This document shows positions 1-8,235 of a DNA stretch of 41,935 nucleotides, in pieces. Source of the stretch: Patescibacteria group bacterium (GTDB lineage Bacteria; Patescibacteriota; Minisyncoccia; Phycocordibacterales; Phycocordibacteraceae); the NCBI GenBank assembly GCA_040388985.1, contig JAZKAU010000002.1, forward strand, positions 8,635 through 50,569, in the 5' to 3' direction. The translations under genes were made by a program, and so were the position numbers. Under the pieces are notes generated by a model. The model was not told where the DNA came from, searched no databases, and was given only the letters and a program-made list of their open reading frames with translations. Numbering within the stretch: position 1 is the stretch's first letter; every line of letters begins with the position of its first letter.

Positions 1-31
1 ACTTTTGCGTTATCTCTTTTAGAGAATCTGT

Positions 32-1519
32 CTAATGCGCAGCGATATATGCGCGCGTCAGAGGACCGAAGAAGCCAACTGCAGGCGTAATACCGCTTGC
101 CGTCTGGAAGGCGGCGAGGGCTGCGCGAGTCTGCATACCGAAGTATCCGGTAGCTCCTGCAGGGATGCTGTATCCCTTGGCGATAAGCCAAGTCTGGAGT
201 GCCATTACATTAGCTCCCGTACTTCCAATCGTGAGATTCGAGAATCCTGCGAAGGAGACCGTGGCCGAACTTCCGGTGCCGGTAGTAGTCGTGGTAGTAG
301 TCGTTGTTGAGCTGCCGCAAGCCTGACCGGTAGTCGTGCTGAAGGCGGCACCTGACATACAACCAGGAACCGTTGTGGATGTGGATGTGGATGATGACGA
401 GGATGAGCTCGAAGAACTACTTGAGCCGTGGCTGCTGCTTCCGCCACCGCCTCCGCCGCTGGTGAGAGCGGTAAGCGACGTGCTATACGTGAAGGCCGTA
501 CCAGGCGTAACAGACGTACAGGTAACCTTAACGCCGTCCTGGGTGCACGATACGTTCGCGTCAGCCGCAAGCGCATTGTTCAGACCGACGACGAGGTCGC
601 TCACGGAAGAGTTGTACGACGTGGCGAAGGTGTACTGCGTACCATCGATGGTGATGCCGTATATAGCCCTGCTCGCGTCTGCCGGAGTGAAGGTCGTGAC
701 CTGAGCTACAGCAGCGCGGTTGACTGCGCTCGTCGAGAGAGTGAAGGCCGTGCCCGCGACATCAGACGTGATGCGCGTGCTGGTCGCGTTATCGACAGCG
801 GTAACGTTGGCTGCCTGGCTGCTCGCGTTGATAGCGGCAGTGAGTCCTGCCGTGACGTCAGCGACGGTTGAGGTCGCAGCGACGTAGCTCACGGTGGTGC
901 CGTTAATGACCGTGCTGAAGGTGTCCCCTACCTCGACGTTCGCCGGGGTCGCGGTAAGCACTTCTGCTACGGGGACCGTACCTGAGGTCGAAGCGGATGA
1001 GGTGATGTCGCCTCCCGTACCGTCCGTGAAGGTTACCGGCGTCGTAGTCGACTCGGTGCCTGAGGTCGTGAAGATGGCAGTCGTAGTCGTACCGGTTATG
1101 GCAAGCGCGCCATGACCCGTGTCCGATACGTTCGTGAGGCTCCGGAGCGTTGACGCAACGGTAGTCGTCGCGTTGTGCGTCGTGACATTCACGGTCGCAC
1201 CGCCGGTGCAGTCGATATCATCTGCCGTCGACGTCGAGAACGTGACGCTACAGGTACCGATAGTGATGGTCTCTGCGTTCGCTGGAACCGCGCCTACGGA
1301 AAGCGTACGGGTCGCCTTGACCTGAGCTACGTTCGCGGTGGTCGTCGCGAAGTTGAGGCTCTGCGTGTTAGTACTGCCCGCCGCAACGTTTGCCGTGGTG
1401 GTCGTGGCGGTCAGGGCCGTGGCTGCATACGCCGCGTGACTGCTGCCTACGAAGACGATAGCCATGACCACGACGAATGCGATGGCATACGCGCGGATGG
1501 ATGTGAGTGATAATTTCAT
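32..1519 (-). CDS. Secreted Thr/Ser-rich surface (S-layer-like) protein with C-terminal peptidoglycan-binding domain
   Basis: Signal peptide (AxA site); three beta-rich modules starting AQV/AEV; Gly/Ser linker; PGC..FS..TGQAC motif; C-terminal LTIGSTGANVMALQTWL..TGYFG..T..AL..FQ..GFFGPLTRA, typical of PG_binding_1. Confidence 0.75.
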   Translation of the reverse strand: MKLSLTSIRAYAIAFVVVMAIVFVGSSHAAYAATALTATTTTANVAAGSTNTQSLNFATTTANVAQVKATRTLSVGAVPANAETITIGTCSVTFSTSTADDIDCTGGATVNVTTHNATTTVASTLRSLTNVSDTGHGALAITGTTTTAIFTTSGTESTTTPVTFTDGTGGDITSSASTSGTVPVAEVLTATPANVEVGDTFSTVINGTTVSYVAATSTVADVTAGLTAAINASSQAANVTAVDNATSTRITSDVAGTAFTLSTSAVNRAAVAQVTTFTPADASRAIYGITIDGTQYTFATSYNSSVSDLVVGLNNALAADANVSCTQDGVKVTCTSVTPGTAFTYSTSLTALTSGGGGGGSSSHGSSSSSSSSSSSSTSTSTTVPGCMSGAAFSTTTGQACGSSTTTTTTTTTGTGSSATVSFAGFSNLTIGSTGANVMALQTWLIAKGYSIPAGATGYFGMQTRAALAAFQTASGITPAVGFFGPLTRAYIAAH

Positions 1520-1624
1520 AAATAAGGGTGAGTGATAAGGGAATACTGATAAATAGGACCAGTGGGTTCATCTTACAGGACTTCCCGCGCTATCCCTACG
1601 TTATTAACACCTCGCATATGCAAT

Positions 1625-1656
1625 GCAAAAACCCCCGCTTGCGCGGGGGTTTTTGC
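1625..1656 (-). terminator. Intrinsic terminator between the two surface-protein genes
   Basis: gcaaaaacccccgc-ttgc-gcgggggtttttgc, GC stem with A/T tails. Confidence 0.8.
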
Positions 1657-1717
1657 TGTCCTTCAGATTCTTCTCAGAATCCCCGGACCGTTATCGGGTG
1701 AGCGTTAGCTCAGACGA

Positions 1718-3694
1718 CTACGGAGCGGTGATGTAGAGAGGGTTCGTCTGGAACTGGCTGTCAGTCTGATCGGTGTCGAGCGTGTTGAGGCCCGAACCAT
1801 CCGCATTCGTCGAGAAGCGGACCATGTCAAGACCGACCTGGTAGTAGTTCGACGAGGTCGGGTTGACCGTTACCGAAGCCGTGAAGGTCTCGGTGTCGCC
1901 GTCATGGACTACGTAGAAGTCAGAGCGAGTCGAATCAACATCAGCCGTCGACGTGAGCGACGCAGTGGTCGTACCCGTAGCCGTGGTGCTGAGGTTTGGA
2001 TCGATGACAACGCCTGCAGTCGTAGAACCAGCGCTCGTAGAGATCGCCTTTGGAACGTAGACATCATCGCCCTCTGCCGTCACATCGAACTTGAGGGTGA
2101 ACGTTCCGTAGTTGTCCGGAGTGTTACCGCCCGTCGTTCCCGTCTGTGCAGAGTTGCTGTTGCCCTCAACATTGATACCGCCGTTGAGTACAACCGTCTG
2201 CTTGTTGCCGTTAGCGGTGCCACCGACAGTAGCGTTGTCGCCAGTGTCGAAGCCCTCAGCGTCTACCTGAGCACCAATTACCGAGAAGGTAAGGCTGGTG
2301 CCCGAAGCGTAGTGGCCGCTGGCAGCGAGAAGATCGATGTTGAGCTCGAAGTCCATCGTGTCGTTGCTGCTTACCGTAACGTCATCGTTTCCGAAGTCGA
2401 AGGCAAGTAGGCCAGAAGTGCCCGTGCCGCTGATAGTCGCATCGTAGTCATGACCGTCAACCGTAAGGGTTGCGCGGCGAACGATGTGGCTAAGAGCGAG
2501 CGAGGTGCTGCTGACGTTAGCAGTAACGTCAAGGTTGTTGAGAAGAACATCCTGATCGGAGTTGTTCTTGATCTGGAACTTGAAGACCGAGAGGTCGTTC
2601 GTGCTGTTCGTGTTGTCAGCGACGAGCGTACCTGCGTTCGGATCATCCGAAGATTCGCGGACCGAGACATCGCTGCTGCTGATGTTGCTGCTGTTGAAAC
2701 CAACAGAAACATGATCAGTGTCCTTACCCGTGTACTCCTGGATACCAGCGCCATCTACGGCGCGGAGGTCCTGGCTCTTGATAGCAAGGTCGAAGCTCTG
2801 ATCCTCGTTAACAGTGTCGATCGTGTCCTGTGCATCAGCGCGGATCGAAAGCTGGGCCGTAGCACCATCCTTTACGACGCCGTTGGTCGTGATGTCGATA
2901 GAATACGAGTTTGCACCGCTGCTGTTCAGATCAATGTCGGTGCTGTTGCTGTCCCATGCATCGCGGCTTCCTGCATCAACGGAACCGATCTTGGTCGAGC
3001 CGTTGTAGACAGAGAGCTTGCTGAAGTACTTCCATGGGTTGGTGCTTGCGCTGGACGTGTGGTCCGTTGCCTGTACCGTGAGGCGAACGCGCTGGACGTT
3101 CACATCGCCGCCATCAACATCGAACTTCGCGGTTGCGATCTCGGTGTTGGTGTCACCCTCGCCAAGGTCGTTACCCGTGCGAAGATCATAGTTGGTGAGG
3201 TTAGCCTCGCCGCCGGAAAGACCGGTCGTCGTGGTCGTCGTCGTCGTGGTGCTGCCGCAAGCCTGACCGGTGGTCGAGCTGAACGCTGCACCAGGCATGC
3301 AACCAGGAACCGTCGAGGTCGTGGTCGTACCGCTGCCCATAGAAGCTACCTTAGCGCGAGTGATCGGGCCGAAGTAACCTGCTGCAGGAGTGATAGCGTT
3401 TGCTGCCTGGAAGGCTGCAAGAGCTGCCTTGGTCTGAGCACCGAAGTAGCCAGTAGCGCCAGCAGGAATGCTGAAGCCCTTAGCGATAAGCCAAGTCTGG
3501 AGTGCCGTTACGTCAGCTCCGGTGGAACCGACGGTAAGGTCACGCGTAAACGTAGCCGTAGTGGTCGTCGTAGTAGTCGTGGTAGCGGTCGTTGCGGTCT
3601 GTGCATTCGCGAGTGGTGCGAACGACATTGCAACGAGGCCGAGACCTGCGACTGCTGCTGCGACACGTGCAACTGTATTGGTTGCTGTAGTCAT
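1718..3694 (-). CDS. S-layer-like secreted protein with N-terminal peptidoglycan-binding domain
   Basis: Signal peptide, poly-Thr tract, FTRDLTVGSTGADVTALQTWL..GYFGPITRA PG-binding domain, Cys motif, long acidic beta-rich body; strong codon bias suggests high expression. Confidence 0.8.
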   Translation of the reverse strand: MTTATNTVARVAAAVAGLGLVAMSFAPLANAQTATTATTTTTTTTTATFTRDLTVGSTGADVTALQTWLIAKGFSIPAGATGYFGAQTKAALAAFQAANAITPAAGYFGPITRAKVASMGSGTTTTSTVPGCMPGAAFSSTTGQACGSTTTTTTTTTGLSGGEANLTNYDLRTGNDLGEGDTNTEIATAKFDVDGGDVNVQRVRLTVQATDHTSSASTNPWKYFSKLSVYNGSTKIGSVDAGSRDAWDSNSTDIDLNSSGANSYSIDITTNGVVKDGATAQLSIRADAQDTIDTVNEDQSFDLAIKSQDLRAVDGAGIQEYTGKDTDHVSVGFNSSNISSSDVSVRESSDDPNAGTLVADNTNSTNDLSVFKFQIKNNSDQDVLLNNLDVTANVSSTSLALSHIVRRATLTVDGHDYDATISGTGTSGLLAFDFGNDDVTVSSNDTMDFELNIDLLAASGHYASGTSLTFSVIGAQVDAEGFDTGDNATVGGTANGNKQTVVLNGGINVEGNSNSAQTGTTGGNTPDNYGTFTLKFDVTAEGDDVYVPKAISTSAGSTTAGVVIDPNLSTTATGTTTASLTSTADVDSTRSDFYVVHDGDTETFTASVTVNPTSSNYYQVGLDMVRFSTNADGSGLNTLDTDQTDSQFQTNPLYITAP

Positions 3695-3714
3695 AACAAT
3701 GTTCTTTTTAATTT

Positions 3715-4110
3715 TTGGACGAAACGCCTGCGACGCGCTTAGTAATAGGGTGCGTCGCGTGCGTCCGTTGTGAGTCTTGGTAATTGCGGATTCTCATCCG
3801 CGCTTTCGCACACGTTCTTTAACACTATCCGACGGAGCGCCATGTCGACTCACGCCCCCTCGGCTAGTTGGCAAACATCTTTTGCTGTTCTGTGTCCATC
3901 CGTAATAGTCCTGTGCTTCCGTCCTGATGCCCGCCTCTATGTAGTGAGACGGGCGGGCCTGAATGGACTTACGTCCATTCAGAGCCTGCATTCATGTGCT
4001 TGCTTAAGGCACTATGGTCCGGATTCCTTTTGCCATAGGCATCGTGAAGTCCGGATGAATGTCAATGTTCTCTATCGTTTCAGAATACGCACCATCCGTT
4101 TCGGTATACC
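3715..4110 (-). ncRNA. Candidate large structured RNA / 5' leader of the S-layer-like gene
   Basis: At least 8 stems; GNRA loops GUAA, GAAA, GAGA read only on the minus strand; upstream -10 TATACT at 4116-4121; no convincing ORF. Confidence 0.6.
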
Positions 4111-4115
4111 CGTGT

Positions 4116-4121
4116 AGTATA
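4116..4121 (-). promoter_or_regulatory. -10 element TATACT for the long leader (a second cgcTATACT lies at 4249-4254)
   Basis: Same hexamer that precedes many genes in this window. Confidence 0.5.
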
Positions 4122-4154
4122 GCGGTCGGTATGGGGTAATGCTGATATAGCGAA

Positions 4155-4163
4155 TGTGGATAA
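4155..4163. promoter_or_regulatory. Perfect DnaA box (TGTGGATAA)
   Basis: Exact reverse complement of TTATCCACA; single copy. Confidence 0.4.
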
Positions 4164-4259
4164 CATCAAGGTTTTATGCCGGGAGAGATGTAACGAATTC
4201 TTTCACACCTCGATTCCGGACAGGGACCAGTCCGCTATCCACCAAGGAAGTATAGCGTA

Positions 4260-4429
4260 TCGCTCGGTTTTCCGCCACAGACCGCAGCCCCTGACTCCAG
4301 GGCGCCGTAGTGCATAGTCGCCTCGCGGCGAGAATCGCTAGAACGCTTCGCTAGTCGCGATTCTCTTCTCGGCTCGTTGCACTACTGGCTGCTGCAGCTA
4401 GAAGCGTTCTGTGGCGGAAAACCTCGCTC
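4260..4429. repeat. Long hairpin element, family 2 (16-bp perfect IR flanked by TCGCTC on both sides)
   Basis: ggttttccgccacaga (4266-4281) pairs with tctgtggcggaaaacc (4408-4423); inner stems gtagtgca/tgcactac and gagaatcgc/gcgattctc. Confidence 0.75.
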
Positions 4430-4453
4430 TCGTCGGAGAAGTCCACCGATTGG

Positions 4454-5233
4454 TTAGGCGAGGGTGTAAGTGGTCCAGCGGCGCTCACCGGATCGAGACA
4501 CTTCCCCTCTCTCGACCATTGCCTGAAGCTCTCGCTGAATGGTCTTCTCGCTCACGTCGCGTATAAGCGTGGAGATATCCTTTATATAGGAAGGGCCTTT
4601 GGAGGCGAGTATCGAATGGATAGCCTCACGTCTGGTTGTAGTCTTGTCTTTTATATGTCCCATAGATTGTCCTATATCTGACGCCGCGTCAGCTTGGGGG
4701 GTCGCGCGCTTCTGGAGAGGGGTCGGTGCAGGCGCTCGCATAAGCGTATGCCGCTCGTGGCCGAGATCGCGGGTAAGCTCAGCAAGCGACGGTGCCTCCT
4801 CGAGGAAGAGCCGGGGCTCTTCGTAGGTGGCGATTTCCTGCAGGAGCTGGTGCGCTTCCCGGGCGATGAGATCGGCATTCATGGGCGATAGCAGGCCGCC
4901 GGTGCGTGCTATGGAAAGTACGCTCGAAAGCGCGAGGAGTTCGCGACTCATGGCGTCGCGCGCGCTGCCGGGAGCAAGTATCGCTCCGTCCACGAGACCG
5001 ACCGCGACCTTGTCCATACGATCGCGGAGCGCAGGCGAATTCCGGAACGCGGGAGCCACGAGATGGATGGCCTTTGCGAGACGTTCAGCCTTCTTGTAGA
5101 TATAGACGCGCCGTATGTCTTTTTCAAATATGTTAGAGAATATGCCTTTTTCTAAGACAAAGTCATCAGAATGAGCACGAATACTATCCGTCCTTTGAGG
5201 CAAGTTGTCTCTTTTCTGTCCCTTACTGTCCAT
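4454..5233 (-). CDS. Four-helix-bundle plus C-terminal DeoR-type winged HTH protein
   Basis: C-terminal IKDISTLIRDVSEKTIQRELQAMVERG..GERRW is a DeoR-like HTH; N-terminal YKKAERLAKAIHLV.. resembles IVP/Avd-type four-helix bundles. Confidence 0.7.
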   Translation of the reverse strand: MDSKGQKRDNLPQRTDSIRAHSDDFVLEKGIFSNIFEKDIRRVYIYKKAERLAKAIHLVAPAFRNSPALRDRMDKVAVGLVDGAILAPGSARDAMSRELLALSSVLSIARTGGLLSPMNADLIAREAHQLLQEIATYEEPRLFLEEAPSLAELTRDLGHERHTLMRAPAPTPLQKRATPQADAASDIGQSMGHIKDKTTTRREAIHSILASKGPSYIKDISTLIRDVSEKTIQRELQAMVERGEVSRSGERRWTTYTLA

Positions 5234-5351
5234 GGCGCGGTGTATAAGACATAGAGGTAATACGGACAGTATAGTCCGTGTCCGAGATTTGTAAAACGAC
5301 GAGTGTCTGCGAAGTTGATCGTGTTTCGGGTCCTTAATACAGCAACCGGGC

Positions 5352-5370
5352 GGAAGTCAGTCCGACTTCC
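5352..5370. repeat. Short palindrome GGAAGTC-agtcc-GACTTCC in the divergent intergenic region
   Basis: 7-bp perfect inverted repeat. Confidence 0.5.
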
Positions 5371-5417
5371 CACCTACGTTTCGGGAGAAGCCCTGGAAAT
5401 GCTAAAATGCACAGGTA

Positions 5418-7643
5418 ATGGCTGCGTCAAAAAGAAAAAAAGCCCGCAAGCGCGATGCGGATAATTATCGGGCGGTCACGAAGTGGGCCGCCTCGGTCTT
5501 GCTCGTGGCGCTTGGCGTCATACTCGCGCTTGGCGGAGCCGGATTCGCAACCGGAAGCGCCTTCGCTGGAGATATCGGAAATCTTATCTTTCTCTCGGCG
5601 TTCCACGGCATCGGTCTGGAAGCGTTCCTGCTGCCGCTTGGCGTCATTGCCATCGGCATCGGTATCGTTCGCGAGAGCAGCTTCCGACCTACTCTGACGG
5701 GCTTTGCGGTCGCGCTGATACTCCTCGCCGCGCTCGCCTTCTTCGGCATAACGACGGGGACCTGGGGCGGTGCCTTGGGTTCCTTGCTTGGGGCAGAGGC
5801 AGTCACGCTATTCGGCTTCGCAGGTTCAGTCATATTGTTAGGCGCGCTCATGTTAGTGGGCGTCGGCATCATCACGGACATACGGGAACTCCTCGCGCGC
5901 ATTGGCGCTTTCGGAAGCAAGGCCCAGGAGAAGCTGAGCGCCATACCACTCCCCAAGCGCGGAGTCCGGGCGAGCGATGCCGAGACTGAAGACGAAGAGG
6001 ACGAGGAAGAACCGGAGGTCGCATCAGAGCCAGAACCGCTCGCGGGAGGTGAGGAGCGTGAACCGACGGTCACGCACTTCACCGAGAACGCGAAGAGCGA
6101 CACGGGTCCTATCCCGAACTTCGATGCCGAGTATAATCCTCCTCCCCTCTCGCTCCTTGGCGCTGATAAGGGAAAGCCGGGCGTCGGCGATATAAAGGCC
6201 AATGCGAACATCATCAAGCGTACCTTCATTAACTTCGGCATCTCGGTCGAGATGGACGAAGTATCAGTCGGCCCCACTGTCACCCGCTACGCCATAAAGC
6301 CAGCCGAAGGCGTCCGGCTCTCCAAGATTGTCGCCCTTCAGCAGAACCTCGAACTTGCGCTCGCCGCACACCCCGTACGTATCGAAGCCCCTATTCCCGG
6401 CAAGTCGCTCGTGGGTATCGAGGTTCCGAACGCGTCCAAAGCTATGGTGGGGCTGGGCGGCGTCATCGGCGCTCCAGAATGGAACTCGAACACAAAACCG
6501 CTTCTCGCCGCTATCGGGCGCGACATCGCCGGCACGCCGCACTATGTGAACGTCGCGAAGATGCCGCACGGACTTATCGCAGGCGCCACGGGATCCGGAA
6601 AGTCGGTTGCCATACACGCTGTCATCACTTCCCTTCTCTACCGCAATGGTCCTAATCAGCTACGTTTCATCATGGTTGACCCGAAGCGCGTGGAACTCAC
6701 TCTATATAATGGTATCCCCCACCTGCTGACACCGGTCATCACTGACCCTAAGAAATGCATCATGGCCCTCAAGTGGGCGGCGAAGGAGATGGATCGCCGC
6801 TACAACATCCTTGAAGGCGAACAGGTCCGCGACATCGACTCCTATCATAAGACGGTGCTTGAGCCGGCACGCAAGAAATACCCTGCTGGGCACAAGAATG
6901 CTAAGGAAATGCCGGAAGCCCTTCCCTACATCGTCATTGTCATCGACGAGCTCGCCGACATCATGCAAAGCTACCCGCGCGAGCTCGAAGCTGCCATCGT
7001 GCGCCTTGCGCAGATGTCGCGTGCTGTGGGCATCCACCTGGTCCTATCGACCCAGCGCCCGTCGGTGAACGTCATCACCGGCCTCATCAAGGCCAACGTG
7101 CCGACCCGACTCGCGCTTCAGGTATCGAGTCAGATAGACTCGCGCACCATCCTTGACCAGGGTGGCGCGGAGTCCCTGCTCGGCGCTGGCGACATGCTCT
7201 ACCTTTCCGCCGACATGCAGAAGCCGGTGCGCATCCAGACTGCCTTCATATCGGAGCAGGAAGTGAAGAAAGTCGCCCAATACATCAAGCAGAATAATGC
7301 TGGCGATCTATCCTCGGTCGATCTCACGGGCGCAGGCGTCTCGCTGCAAGAAAATAACGAGACCATGATGCTCGCTGGCGCTATGGACGACGATAGCGAC
7401 GACGACCTGTATATGGACGCGAAAGCTGCGGTCGAGGAGGCTGGGCGCGCATCTACGAGCTACCTCCAGCGCAAGCTCCGTATCGGCTACTCGCGTGCGG
7501 CGCGCCTTATGGATATCCTCGAGGAGAAGGGCGTCATAGGAGCGGCAGACGGCTCGCGCCCGCGCGATGTGCTCACCGTAGCAGGCGGGGCGGGAGCATC
7601 CGCCGATGAGGAGGACGAAGAGCCTGCTGATCGGGACTTCTAA
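5418..7643 (+). CDS. ftsK: DNA translocase FtsK
   Basis: N-terminal TM helices, Walker A GATGSGKS, IVIDELAD, STQRPSV, C-terminal gamma domain LQRKLRIGYSRAARLMD. Confidence 0.97.
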   Translation: MAASKRKKARKRDADNYRAVTKWAASVLLVALGVILALGGAGFATGSAFAGDIGNLIFLSAFHGIGLEAFLLPLGVIAIGIGIVRESSFRPTLTGFAVALILLAALAFFGITTGTWGGALGSLLGAEAVTLFGFAGSVILLGALMLVGVGIITDIRELLARIGAFGSKAQEKLSAIPLPKRGVRASDAETEDEEDEEEPEVASEPEPLAGGEEREPTVTHFTENAKSDTGPIPNFDAEYNPPPLSLLGADKGKPGVGDIKANANIIKRTFINFGISVEMDEVSVGPTVTRYAIKPAEGVRLSKIVALQQNLELALAAHPVRIEAPIPGKSLVGIEVPNASKAMVGLGGVIGAPEWNSNTKPLLAAIGRDIAGTPHYVNVAKMPHGLIAGATGSGKSVAIHAVITSLLYRNGPNQLRFIMVDPKRVELTLYNGIPHLLTPVITDPKKCIMALKWAAKEMDRRYNILEGEQVRDIDSYHKTVLEPARKKYPAGHKNAKEMPEALPYIVIVIDELADIMQSYPRELEAAIVRLAQMSRAVGIHLVLSTQRPSVNVITGLIKANVPTRLALQVSSQIDSRTILDQGGAESLLGAGDMLYLSADMQKPVRIQTAFISEQEVKKVAQYIKQNNAGDLSSVDLTGAGVSLQENNETMMLAGAMDDDSDDDLYMDAKAAVEEAGRASTSYLQRKLRIGYSRAARLMDILEEKGVIGAADGSRPRDVLTVAGGAGASADEEDEEPADRDF

Positions 7644-7651
7644 ATGGCTAT

Positions 7652-7775
7652 GAGCCTCCTGAAAAACCCGAAATGCAAGGCGCTGAGAAACGAAAGGCTG
7701 AGCCGTACTTGGTCGTACGGTGAGGTCTTGAGCGACGAAAGCAGCGCAGCAGGTCGGGGAATTTCAGGAGGACTC
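7652..7775 (+). repeat. MITE-like long hairpin element, family 1, copy B
   Basis: gagcctcctgaaaaacccgaaatgcaaggcg...gcaggtcggggaatttcaggaggactc; ends nearly identical to 29404-29640. Confidence 0.8.
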
Positions 7776-7777
7776 AT

Positions 7778-8095
7778 ATGAGATTACGCGCTGTCATCGG
7801 AGTACTACTCGCCATAATCGCCATATATGGCCTCTTCAAGGCCATTCCCCTCATTTCAGGGCCGCAGATACGTCTTACGACGACCACGGCGCCTGATACC
7901 GGCTTAACCGTACTTTCAGGAACAGCGATTCATACTGAGACCTTGACGCTCGACGGCGGAACCTTGCTCATTGACCCGGACGGCGCCTTCTCGGAGTCCC
8001 TTACCCTCCCCCGTGGAGGCGCTATACTTACCTTAACCGCCACTGACCGGTTCGGGAGATCGCGTACCCTCGAGCGTACCGTGATAACTCAGTAA
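7778..8095 (+). CDS. Small membrane-anchored protein with Ig-like fold
   Basis: N-terminal TM helix; LSGTA..LTLDG..G.FSESLTLP.G...TLTATDRFG pattern of bacterial Ig-like domains. Confidence 0.7.
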   Translation: MRLRAVIGVLLAIIAIYGLFKAIPLISGPQIRLTTTTAPDTGLTVLSGTAIHTETLTLDGGTLLIDPDGAFSESLTLPRGGAILTLTATDRFGRSRTLERTVITQ

Positions 8096-8103
8096 TTATT
8101 ATC

Positions 8104-8157
8104 TTGAATCTATTTACGTATGCCCCGTATGATTACCCTCAACCGACAAACGTTTGT
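8104..8157 (+). promoter_or_regulatory. Putative recA promoter (TTGAAT-18-TATGAT) with downstream palindrome ACAAACGTTTGT
   Basis: Sigma70-like hexamers at 8104-8109 and 8128-8133; 12-bp palindrome at 8146-8157. Confidence 0.4.
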
Positions 8158-8235
8158 AATTGAACTCCTTCCCTCGTGGGGGATAGCGTACACTTTTATC
8201 AACATGCGCAACCGCGCTAAGTAATCATACGGGGT

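Noticed and set aside
280-460. Short tandem gtagtc/gatgtg repeats as a CRISPR or VNTR
   Set aside because: They simply encode Thr/Ser/Gly linkers; no repeat-spacer pattern
2450-3742. 430-aa plus-strand ORF
   Set aside because: Antisense shadow of the strongly codon-biased S-layer-like gene; no protein-like motifs
3905-3930. UCAGGACGGAAGCAC resembling SRP RNA domain IV
   Set aside because: Lacks the GGAA-capped stem and symmetric loop; RNase P and tmRNA hallmark motifs are also absent
3794-3991. 65-aa ORF within the structured leader (also 3770-4117 on +)
   Set aside because: No coding signature; the region is better explained by RNA stems, though a leader peptide is not excluded
4454-5233. 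Avd-like four-helix bundle suggesting a diversity-generating retroelement
   Set aside because: No reverse transcriptase, and no TR/VR pair differing only at adenines; differences between the surface-gene repeats are mostly synonymous
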